DNA of 64,000 bases from an uncultured Solirubrobacterales bacterium (GTDB lineage Bacteria; Actinomycetota; Thermoleophilia; Solirubrobacterales; Solirubrobacteraceae): NCBI GenBank assembly GCA_963755525.1, contig CAVWKC010000024.1, forward strand, positions 58,251 through 122,250, written 5' to 3'. The first letter of the stretch is position 1. Each line of letters begins with the position of its first letter. Below, in pieces: positions 54,836-64,000 of this stretch. Made by a program: the position numbers and the translations under genes. The notes under the pieces are model-generated. The model was not told the origin of the DNA. It searched no databases and saw nothing but the letters and a program-made list of their open reading frames with translations.

Positions 54836-57526
54836 GCCGTCTCCCGGCCCAGCCCGGCGAGCTGATCAACCGCGCAGGGTGTGATCCGGTTCACGTTCGA
54901 CGGCAAGCCGGTCGAGGCGTACGAGGGCGACACCGTGGGGTCGGCGCTGTACGCCGCCGGCCGGCGCACGTTCTCGCGCAGCTTCAAGTACCACCGCCGG
55001 CGCGGCCTGTTGTGCTGCGCCGGCCAGTGTCCGAACTGCATCGTCGCGGTCGACGGCGCGCCCGGCGTGCGCGCGTGCACCGAACCTGTCCGTGAGGGCA
55101 TGAACGTCGAGCACCTGAACGCCCAGCCCGGCCTCGACCTCGACGTGATGCGAGCGACGGACCTCGTCGGGACGAAGTTCACCCCGCCTGGCTTCTACTA
55201 CAAGACGTTCATCCGCCCTCGCAAGCTGTGGCCGGTGTACGAGAAGGTCCTCCGCCACGCCGCCGGACTGGGCGTGCTCCGCAAGCAGCAGCCCGAGCGC
55301 GAGTGGCGCACCGAGTACCGCCGGCGCCACGCGGACGTGCTCGTCGTCGGTGGCGGTGCGGCGGGGCGCCAAGCCGCAGCCGACGCCGCCGCGCAGGGCG
55401 AGGACGTCGTGCTGGTCGACGAGGGGCCGCGTCCGATCGAGCCGATCCCCGGCGTGGAGATCCTCGCCCGGGCCAGCGCGCTCGGCTACTTCGACGGGAT
55501 GGTCCCGGTGTGGCAGGGCGACACCCTGCACCAGATCCGGGCGCGTCGTCACGTGTTCGCGACCGGCGCGATCGAGCAGCCGTTGGTGTTCGCCGGCAAC
55601 GACCTTCCGGGCGTGATGCTGTCCGGTGGCGCGCTTCGCCTGACCCAGCTGTACGCCGTCAGCCCGGGCACGCGCGCAGTCGTCGCCACCACATCCGACC
55701 GGGGTCTCGAAGCTGCGGCAACCCTCCACGACGCGGGCGTGCAGATCGTCGCGGTCGCGGATCTGCGCACCGAGCGGACCGCCGCCGCCCGGCGGCTCGC
55801 CGAGCGCGGGATCGAGGTGCTGATCGACCACACGATCCTCGCGGCGAAGGGCGGCAAGACGGTGGACGGCGCGGTGCTCGGGCCGAACGGCGTCGAGGGC
55901 GCGTCGGTCGAGAAGACGTTCGCGTGCGACCTCGTGGTCGTCTCGGGCGGGTTTGCGCCGGCCACCTCGCTGCTGCTCCAGGCCGGCGCGCGGACGCGCT
56001 ACGACGCCGCGCGCGGATCCTTCGTGCTTGACGAGCTCCCACCGAACGTGACCGCCGTGGGCGACGTTGCCGGCGGCGAACACGGGGGAGACGCCGACGC
56101 GGTCGCGGTCCCGCCACCGGTGTCCGGCGCCGGCCACGGCAAGTGCTTCGCGTGTCTGTGCGAGGACGTGACCGCCAAGGACATCCACCTGAGCGTCGAA
56201 GAGGGCTACGACTCGATCGAGCTGTGCAAGCGCTACACGACGGTGACGATGGGGCCGTGCCAGGGCCGCATGTGCCAGCTGCCGGCGGTCCGCCTGATGG
56301 CGAATGAGACCGGGCAGAGCCTCGAGCAGGTCGGCACCACGACCGCGCGCCCGCCGTGGGTGTCGGTGCCGATGGGGATCCTTGCCGGGCGGCCGTTCGA
56401 GCCCGCCAAGCGATCGTCGATCCACGGGCGCCACCGCGAACTTGGCGCGAACATCAAGTGGGCCGGCGACTGGCGCCGCGCCTACGACTACGGCGACCCA
56501 CAGGCCGAGGCGCTCGCGGTGCACCGGGCGGCCGGACTGATCGACGTCTCGACGCTCGGCAAGTTGCTCGTCCGCGGTCCGGAGGCCGGCGAGTTCCTCG
56601 ACAACCTGTATCCCAACCGCTTCAGCGACCTCAAGCCGGGGCGGGTCCGCTACGGCGTGATCAGCTCCGACGCCGGCCGGATCGTCGACGACGGCACGAT
56701 CTGCCGGATCGACGACGACACGTTCTACGTGACCACGACCTCGAGCGGAGCCGGCGCCGTCGAGGAGTGGTTCTCGTGGTGGCTCGCGGATTGGCGGATG
56801 AACGTGCAGCTGACCGACCTCACCCAGGGCCTGAGCGCGATCAACCTCGCCGGTCCCCGCGCGCGCGAGATCCTGAGCGAGCTGACCGATCTCGACTGCT
56901 CGCCAGAGGCGTTCAAGTACCTCGACGGCAAGCAGGCCCGGATCGCGGGCGTCTCGTGCCTGATCCTGCGGATCGGGTTCGTCGGCGAGGTCGGCTACGA
57001 GATCCACTCCACCGCCGCCCACGGCGAGCATGTGTGGGACGCGTTGATGCGCGCCGGCGCCGACAAAGGGATCCGGCCGTTCGGGCTCGAGCCGCAGCGG
57101 ATCCTCCGCCTGCAGAAGATGCACATTCTCATCGGCCAGGACACCGACTCGGAGTCGACCCCGTTCGGCGCAGCGATGCCGTGGATCGTCAAGCTCGACA
57201 AGGAGCAGGACTTCATCGGCAAGTGGGCGCTCGAGCACTACGCGACCGAGGAGCCCGCGACCCGGCTGGTCGGGTTCACGCTGACCAACGGCCACGTGCC
57301 GACCGAGGGGTCGGTGATCCTCGACGGGCTCGGCGACCCCGCCGGACAGGTGACTTCCGCGCGGTTCTCGCCGGTGCTCGACCGCGTGATCGGGATGGCC
57401 TGGGTCCCGAGCCCGCTCGCCCGCGACGGCTCGCAGGTCACGATCTCCGACGAGGGCCGGACGCTCGAGGCGCACATCCAGACCAAGCCGTTCTACGACC
57501 CGGACGGGGAGGTGCTCCGGTCGTGA
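54832..57526 (+). CDS. soxA: Sarcosine oxidase subunit alpha-like, one frameshift ~54875
   Basis: GDTVGSAL, SRSFKYHRRRG, GFYYKTF, KRYTT.TMGPCQG, TT.RPP and a GcvT-like C-terminus (DVSTLGK, PFYDP). Confidence 0.92.
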
Positions 57527-58140
57527 GCGGCCTCGCGTTCCTCAGCCCGGATGCCGCCGAGGACGTCGCGGTCGCGCGCAGCCCGATGGAGGGCAAGGCG
57601 AAGGCCGCCGGCGCACGGTTCGAGGTCCAGGGCGGATGGAACGTCGCGGTCGAATATCCGGGCGAGGAGAGGGCGAGGCAGAGCGTGGGGTTCACGGACT
57701 TCTCGCATCTGCGAAAGCTCGAGCGCCGTGGCGACGAGGTCCCCGGCGAGCTCGGCGAGGCCAAGCGCGAAGGCGATGCTTGGATATGCCAGCTGACCCC
57801 TACGAGGGCCCTGCTGCTCGGAGGCATGCACGCCGCGCCACCCGAGGCCGTCGACGTCACCACGTGCTTCGCGGCGCTCACGATCTTTGGCCCCCAAGCC
57901 CGGGAGGTGATCGCGCGTTTTTGCGCGCTCGACCTTCGCCCCCAGGTCGCACCTCCCGGCAGTTTCCGCCCCGGCTCGATCGCGCGCCAGCCGGGGATGA
58001 TCATCGTGCAGGACACCGACCGGTTCCTGCTGCTGTTCGGCTGGGCCGTCGGCGAGTACATGTGGTCGGTCGTGGACGACGCGGCCAGATCGCTCGATGG
58101 CGGTCCCGTTGGCTCACGACCACTGAAAAACAATGATTGA
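57523..58140 (+). CDS. soxG: Sarcosine oxidase subunit gamma-like
   Basis: GTGA overlap, then DVT..FAAL...GP.AREV.A....LDL and YMW..V.DA. Confidence 0.8.
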   Translation: MSGLAFLSPDAAEDVAVARSPMEGKAKAAGARFEVQGGWNVAVEYPGEERARQSVGFTDFSHLRKLERRGDEVPGELGEAKREGDAWICQLTPTRALLLGGMHAAPPEAVDVTTCFAALTIFGPQAREVIARFCALDLRPQVAPPGSFRPGSIARQPGMIIVQDTDRFLLLFGWAVGEYMWSVVDDAARSLDGGPVGSRPLKNND

Positions 58141-59350
58141 CATCTTCCGAAAGCGCCGGATGTGGCGCCCGCGGGGGGAGCTCAAGTCCGCGTATGACGT
58201 CGTGATCGTCGGCGGCGGCTCGCATGGGCTGGCGGCCGCCTACTACCTGCAGAAGGACCACGGGATCCGCAGCGTGGCCGTGCTCGAGAAGCGCTACATC
58301 GGAGCCGGCGCCGCCGGTCGCAACACGACGATCCTGCGCTCGAACTACAAGACGCCCGAAGGCGCGCGCTTCTACGACTCGAGCGTCAAGCTGTACGAGG
58401 GGCTGTCGCAGGAGCTGAACTTCAACCTGCTGTTCTCGCAGTGCGGACATCTGACGCTCGCGCACTCGGATCGCGCGATGTTCGTGATGGCCAACCGCGC
58501 GGAGGTGAACCGCCTGCAGGGGATCGATTCGCGCGTGATCTATCCGGACGAGATCAAGCGCCTCGCGCCGGCGATGCAGGTCGACAACCCACACGCGACG
58601 TTTCCGATCATGGGCGCGCTCTACCACCCGCCCGGCGGCATCATCCGCCACGACGCGGTCGTTTGGGGATTCGCGCGCGGCGCGGACCGCGGCGGGGTCG
58701 AGCTCCACCAGGACACCGAGGTGCTCGGGATGGAGCGCTCGAACGGCCGGGTCACCAAGGTCCGGACGAATCGCGGGACGATCAGCGCCGGCACCGTGCT
58801 CAACTGCACCGCCGGGTGGAGCACGCTGATCTGCGACATGGTCGGGGTGCCGCTGCCGATCACCACCCACATCCTCCAGGCGTGCGTGACCGAGCCGGTC
58901 AAGCCGCTGCTCGACGTGGTGATCGTGTCCTCGCAGATGCACGTGTACATCAGCCAGACCGACCGCGGCGAGTTCCTGATGGGGGCCGAGATCGAGCCGT
59001 GGACGACGTACCGGATGCAGGGGACGCTGAACTTCCTCCAGGAGGTGAGCCGGCACACGATCGAGCTGTTTCCGCAGCTCGAGCGCGCCCGCCTTCTGCG
59101 AAGCTGGGCGGGTCTGTGCGACCTCAGCCCCGACTACAGCCCGATCCTCGGCAAGACCGAGGTCGAGAACTTCCATATCAGCGCGGGCTGGGGAACGTAC
59201 GGCTTCAAGGCTGCCCCGATCGTCGGCAAGACGCTGGCGGAGCTGGTTGCCACCGGCCGGACGCCCGAGCTGATCGCACCGTTCGAGGTCGAGCGGTTCT
59301 ACCGAGACAAGCTCGTATCGGAGCTTGCGGCCGCGGCCGTCAGCCACTAG
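58133..59350 (+). CDS. soxB: Sarcosine oxidase subunit beta
   Basis: YDVVIVGGGSHGLA.AYYL, GRNTTI.RSNY, RHDAV.WG.AR and GWGTYGFKA. Confidence 0.95.
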   Translation: MIDIFRKRRMWRPRGELKSAYDVVIVGGGSHGLAAAYYLQKDHGIRSVAVLEKRYIGAGAAGRNTTILRSNYKTPEGARFYDSSVKLYEGLSQELNFNLLFSQCGHLTLAHSDRAMFVMANRAEVNRLQGIDSRVIYPDEIKRLAPAMQVDNPHATFPIMGALYHPPGGIIRHDAVVWGFARGADRGGVELHQDTEVLGMERSNGRVTKVRTNRGTISAGTVLNCTAGWSTLICDMVGVPLPITTHILQACVTEPVKPLLDVVIVSSQMHVYISQTDRGEFLMGAEIEPWTTYRMQGTLNFLQEVSRHTIELFPQLERARLLRSWAGLCDLSPDYSPILGKTEVENFHISAGWGTYGFKAAPIVGKTLAELVATGRTPELIAPFEVERFYRDKLVSELAAAAVSH

Positions 59351-59396
59351 AAGGGACCCGGACAGCATGGACACAAGCATTGAGGAGGCGACGACG

Positions 59397-61076
59397 ATGA
59401 AGACCAGCCTCGAGATCGCTCAGGAAGCTGAGCTCATTCCGATCGAGCGGGTCGCCGAACGCGCCGGACTCGATGCGGACGAGATCGAGCCGTACGGGCG
59501 CTACAAGGCGAAGATCGCGCTGTCGGTACTCGAGCGGCTCAAGGACCGACCCGACGGCAAGATCGTGTGCGTCACGGGGATGACGCCGACGCGGGCCGGA
59601 GAGGGCAAGACGACGACGCTCGTCGGGCTCACCCAGGGGCTCGGCGTGATCGGCAAGAACCCCGTGGCGTGCCTGCGCGAGGCGTCGCTCGGTCCCGTGT
59701 TCGGGATCAAGGGTGGCGCCGCCGGCGGCGGCCTCACCCAGGTCGTCCCGATGGAGGACCTGAACCTGCACTTCACCGGCGACATCCACGCGATCGGCGC
59801 GGCCAACAACCTGCTCGCGGCGATGATCGACGCGTCGATCCTCCACGGCAACCCGCACCAGATCGACGCGCTGCGGATTCCCTGGCGCCGCGCGGTCGAC
59901 ATGAACGACCGGGCGCTCCGCGACATCGCGGTCGGCCTCGGCGGCCGGGCCAACGGCTACCCGCGGGAGACCGGGTTCGACATCACCGCGGCCTCTGAGG
60001 TGATGGCGATCATGGCGGTCGCGCGCGACCTCCAGGACCTGCGCCAGCGAATGTCCCGGGTCACCGCCGCGTACTCATTCGACGGCGGCAAGGCGATCAC
60101 CGCCGAGGACCTCGGCGCCGCGGGCGCGATGACGGTGCTGCTCAAGGACGCGATCAAGCCGAACCTCGTGCAGACGCTCGAGGGCCAGCCGGTGCTGATG
60201 CACTGCGGCCCGTTCGCGAACATCGCCCACGGCAACAACTCGCTGATCGCCGACCTGATCGGGATGAAGCTCGGCGACTATGTCGTAACCGAATCCGGGT
60301 TCGGCGCCGACATGGGCATGGAGAAGTTCTTCGACATCGTCTGCCGGTTCGGCAAGCTGACCCCGTCGGCCGCCGTGCTCGTGACCACGGTCCGCGCGAT
60401 CAAGCACCACGCCGGGCTCGAGGACGATCCGCGCGCCGAGCGGTCGGCGGCTCTCCAGGCGGTTGAGACGGGCTTCGCCAACGTGCGGCGCCACCTCAAC
60501 ACGATCGGCACGTTCGGTGTGCCCGCCGTCGTGGCGGTCAACCGGCGGCCCGGGGACACCAACGAGGAGATCGAGTTGGTCAAGAGGCTCGCGCTCGAGG
60601 CCGGCGCGTTCGCGGCCGAGGCCAACGAGGGATTCACCAAGGGCGGCGCCGGCGTCGCCGACCTCGCTTCGGCGGTCGTCGAGGCTTGCGAGCAGCCGAA
60701 CAGCTTTCACCAGCTGTATCAGGACGACGAGCCGATCCAGGACAAGATCGAGGCCGTGGCCAAGCAGGTGTACGGCGCCAAGGACGTGTACTTCTATCCC
60801 GAGGCGGAGGCGAAGCTCACCCAGTTCACCCGCGAGGGTCATGGCCACTTCCCGGTGTGCATGGCTAAGACTCACCTGTCGCTGTCGGCGGACCCCTCGC
60901 TGCTGAACGCGCCGGAGAACTTCACGCTGCCGGTCCGGGACATCCGCGCCTACACGGGCGCCGGCTGGCTCGTCCCGTTGTGTGGCGACGTCATGCAGAT
61001 GCCGGGGCTCGGCAAGACGCCGGCCGCGCTCAACATCGACATCGACTCCGAGGGCCGGACCGTCGGCCTTTTCTAA
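59397..61076 (+). CDS. fhs: Formate--tetrahydrofolate ligase
   Basis: GAGGAGG RBS, then TPT.AGEGKTT, GIKGGAAGGG, NLHFTGD.HAI, GPFANIAHG, MPGL and VGLF. Confidence 0.98.
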   Translation: MKTSLEIAQEAELIPIERVAERAGLDADEIEPYGRYKAKIALSVLERLKDRPDGKIVCVTGMTPTRAGEGKTTTLVGLTQGLGVIGKNPVACLREASLGPVFGIKGGAAGGGLTQVVPMEDLNLHFTGDIHAIGAANNLLAAMIDASILHGNPHQIDALRIPWRRAVDMNDRALRDIAVGLGGRANGYPRETGFDITAASEVMAIMAVARDLQDLRQRMSRVTAAYSFDGGKAITAEDLGAAGAMTVLLKDAIKPNLVQTLEGQPVLMHCGPFANIAHGNNSLIADLIGMKLGDYVVTESGFGADMGMEKFFDIVCRFGKLTPSAAVLVTTVRAIKHHAGLEDDPRAERSAALQAVETGFANVRRHLNTIGTFGVPAVVAVNRRPGDTNEEIELVKRLALEAGAFAAEANEGFTKGGAGVADLASAVVEACEQPNSFHQLYQDDEPIQDKIEAVAKQVYGAKDVYFYPEAEAKLTQFTREGHGHFPVCMAKTHLSLSADPSLLNAPENFTLPVRDIRAYTGAGWLVPLCGDVMQMPGLGKTPAALNIDIDSEGRTVGLF

Positions 61077-61077
61077 C

Positions 61078-61608
61078 CGCCCATTCGGGGATCTGCTCGA
61101 CGCGATCGCGGCGCGGACGCCCGCTCCCGGCGGTGGGTCGAGTGCGGCGTGCGGGTGCGCGATCGCGGCTGCGCTGGTCGAGATGGCGGCGGCATTCACG
61201 CCGGAACGCGGCGCCACGGCGGAGCGCGCCGGCGAGCTGCGGGCGCGTGCGCTCGAGCTGGCCGAGATCGAGCTGCACGCGTACGAGCCCGTGCTCGAGG
61301 CGCTCCGGCTCCCGCGGGATGACCCGGCCCGCGCCGCCCGGGTGCAGGACGCTCGCGACGCCGCCTCGCAGTCGCCGCTCGAGATCGCGCGGGTCGGAGC
61401 GGAGCTCGCCGAGCTCGCCGGGGACCTCGTTCGTACCGGAAACCAGAACCTTTCAGGCGACGCGATCGCCGGCGCGGTGCTCGCCGAGGCGGCCGCTCAG
61501 GCCGCCGCCCGGCTCGTCAGGATCAACTTGACCGACGGCGCCGCTGTCAGCGAGGCGACCGAATTTGCCCGGCGGGCGCTGAAAGCGCGGGAAGAAGCGT
61601 TAAATTGA
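61078..61608 (+). CDS. Cyclodeaminase/cyclohydrolase (FTCD_C / FchA) family protein; start codon not evident
   Basis: TPAPGGGS.AA, AL..M, SPLEIA, GN.N...D and V.INL. Confidence 0.8.
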   Translation, partial: RPFGDLLDAIAARTPAPGGGSSAACGCAIAAALVEMAAAFTPERGATAERAGELRARALELAEIELHAYEPVLEALRLPRDDPARAARVQDARDAASQSPLEIARVGAELAELAGDLVRTGNQNLSGDAIAGAVLAEAAAQAAARLVRINLTDGAAVSEATEFARRALKAREEALN

Positions 61609-61638
61609 ATCAAGAGAGCCCAACTCTGAAAGGGAGAC

Positions 61639-63678
61639 ATGCGCGCTCGAACTCGACTGACCCAACCGCTCGTCCGTCGCGACGGGGAGCTGTGCCCGGC
61701 AACGTGGGAGGAGGCGCTTGAGCGCACCACCGCGGGGCTGGAGCGTGCGCGGGAGGCTGACGCCTCGCGCTCGTTCGGGATGTTCTCGTGCTCGAAGTCC
61801 ACCAACGAGATGAACTTCCTGGCGCAGAAGCTCGCCCGGCAGGTGATGCGGTCCAACAACATCGATTCCTGTAACCGAACCTGACACGCTCCCAGCGTCG
61901 TCGGTCTGGCGACGGTCTTCGGAGCGGGCGGCGGAACGTCGTCCTACAAAGAGGTTGAAGAAGCGGACTTGATTCTGCTTTGGGGATCGAACGCGCGCGA
62001 AACCCACCCGATCTTCTTCCACCACGTGCTCAAGGCGATCCACAATGGCGCCGGGCTGATGGTTATCGATCCGCGTCGGAGCGCGTCGGCGCAGTGGGCC
62101 GACCTGTGGCTCGGGCTCGACGTCGGCGGCGACATCGCGCTGGCGAACGCGGTCGCCCGCGAGATCATCCACGAGGGCCTGGCCGATGAGCGGTTCATCG
62201 CCAACGCCACCAGCGGATACGAGGAGTACGCCGCCTCCGTCGAGCCGTACACGCTCGAGGAGGGCGAGCGGCTCTCAGGAGTGCCGGCGGCGGCGATCCG
62301 CGAACTGGCCCACGCCTACGGCCGGGCCGACCGCGCGATCCTGTGCTGGACGCTCGGGATTACCGAGCATCACAACGCGACCGACAACGTGCTCGCGCTG
62401 ATCAACCTGGCGCTGCTGACCGGCCACGTCGGCAAGTACGGATCGGGGCTCAATCCCTTGCGAGGACAGAACAACGTCCAGGGCGGCGGCGACATGGGCG
62501 CGATCCCCAACAAGCTCCCGGGGTTCCAGGACATCGAGAAAAACGCCGACGCCAGAGCGCTGTACGAGGAGGCCTGGGGCGTCCCGATCATTCCCAAGTA
62601 CGGCTGGCACCTGACCCAGATGTTCGAGGCGATGGACCGCGGCGAGCTGCGGACGCTGTACGTGATCGGCGAGAACCCGGCCGACTCCGAATCCGACCGC
62701 AAGCACGCGATGCACCTGCTCGAGGGGCTCGACTTCCTCGTCGTCCAGGACATCGTGATGACGCGCACGGCCAGGCTCGCCGACGTGGTGCTGCCCGGGT
62801 CGGCGTCGTGGGCGGAGGCTGACGGGACCGTGACCAGCTCCGAGCGCCGGGTCCAGCTCTGCCGGAAGGCGCTCGACCCGCCCGGCGAGGCGCGCGACGA
62901 CATCTGGATCATCGCCGAGCTCGCGAAGCGCCTCGGGTTCGATTGGGGTTATCCAACCGCGGAGCAGGCGTGGGACGAGCTGCGATCGCTCAGCCCGATG
63001 CACGGCGGGATGCGCTACGACCGTCTCGCCGAGCACGGCGGGCTGCAGTGGCCGTGCCCGAGCGAGGATCACCCGGGATCTCAGTACCTCCACGGCCGGC
63101 TGTGGAAGGACCCCGTCGAGGGGCCGCTCGCGCCGTTCAGCGTGACCCCGTTCGAGCCTCCGGTCGACGAGCTCGACGAGGACTTCCCGATCCGCCTCAC
63201 TACGGGCCGGCGGCTCGAGTCCTATAACACCGGTGCGCAGTCGAACCTGTACCGCTCGCCGCTGCATCGCGGCGAGTCGCTCGATCTGTCGCCCGAGGAC
63301 GCCGAGCGGCTGGGGATCGAGAACGGAGAAATCGTGCTCGTGTCCTCGCGGCGCGGCGCGCTGCGGGTGCCGGCGCGGATCGACCGTATTCTGCGGCCCG
63401 GCCTCGCGTTCATGACTTTCCACTTCCCCGAGCAGGTCGCGACCAACGATCTCACGATCGAGGCCACCGACCCGAAGTCGGGAACGTCGGAGTTCAAGGC
63501 GACCGCGATCCGGGTCGAGAAGCTGCCGGTCGAGGATGCTGAAGGCGTCGCGGTGACGGCGCTCGCGGAGAACGGCGACCACGTGGCGTCTGGCAACGGC
63601 GACGGCCTGCCGGCCGGGAACGGCGATCGTGTGACCGCGGGCAACGGCGACGCCCAGCCCGCCCGGGAGCGCGTCTGA
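61639..63678 (+). CDS. fdhF: Selenocysteine-containing formate dehydrogenase alpha subunit (UGA at 61882-61884)
   Basis: NNIDSCNRT-U-HAPSVVGL joins two in-frame ORFs. Also PLRGQNNVQG, GENP, ADVVLP and LTTGR, with a SECIS downstream. Confidence 0.95.
61885..61926 (+). promoter_or_regulatory. Bacterial SECIS element
   Basis: CGTCGTC-GGTCT-GGCGACG (61896-61914) starts 11 nt after the UGA. Lower stem CGCTCC/GGAGCG. Confidence 0.88.
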
Positions 63679-64000
63679 TGGACCTGCGACTGCTTCTCGC
63701 TATGCCGACGGAGGCCGAGCGAGCGGCCGTCGACGGGTTCGTGGACGGCGCCACCGCGTCGCACAACGGCCGCGTCCCCGCCGTGAACGTGCAAGGGCGG
63801 AGCATGCACGGTGGCCACCAGGCGCGGGACCAGCGGCACCTGCTGCTGCCGGTGCTCGAGCATGTGCAGGCGCGGATCGGCTGGATCAGCGAGGGAGCGC
63901 TCGGGTACATCTGCGAGCGCCTGACGGTGCCGCCGGCCGACGCTTACGGGGTCGCGACGTTCTACGCGCTGCTGTCGATGAATCCACGGCCGGCGCGCGT
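63678..64000 (+). CDS. NuoE-like N-terminus of the FDH diaphorase subunit (truncated by the window)
   Basis: TGATG overlap, then RHLLLPVL..VQ.RIGWIS...ICERLTVPPADAYGVATFYALL. Confidence 0.88.
   Translation, partial: MDLRLLLAMPTEAERAAVDGFVDGATASHNGRVPAVNVQGRSMHGGHQARDQRHLLLPVLEHVQARIGWISEGALGYICERLTVPPADAYGVATFYALLSMNPRPAR

Noticed and set aside
3547-54900. Many frameshifted genes (sulfurtransferase, amidotransferase, LolA-like, ABC ATPase, apbE-operon genes, soxA) as pseudogenes or programmed frameshifts
   Set aside because: They are scattered single-base indels, some compensating, with no shared slippery motif, in otherwise intact genes. Long-read consensus error is the simplest explanation; read polishing would decide.

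Overview
High-GC actinobacterial DNA; gene content and style suggest Thermoleophilia/Solirubrobacterales (inference). About ten genes outside 4.4-29.5 kb are broken by single-base indels that look like long-read assembly errors. (1) 4.4-29.5 kb is an accessory island for a Pel/galactosaminogalactan-like exopolysaccharide. It holds PelF, a polytopic membrane partner, two Agd3/CE18-like deacetylases, three GH114 hydrolases, GlmS overlapping YvcK/GlmR, a Sel1/TPR membrane protein, an invasin-type Ig-repeat protein, two paralogous Trp-rich secreted proteins, and NarL-type regulators. Several of its secreted proteins share an unassigned basic, Cys-containing module. (2) 39.0-43.0 kb is an operon for ApbE, an MsrQ-like membrane protein, a NuoF-like protein and a ferredoxin, led by a disordered protein ending in SGGS that is a candidate flavinylated arm. 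(3) 53.6-64 kb is a C1 cluster: LysR, sarcosine oxidase-like DAGB, Fhs, a cyclohydrolase-family gene, and a selenocysteine formate dehydrogenase with a clear SECIS. Also noted: a citrate synthase homologue lacking a catalytic His, an atypical response regulator, and a ~175-nt rod-like hairpin. All calls come from reading motifs by eye; no searches were run.
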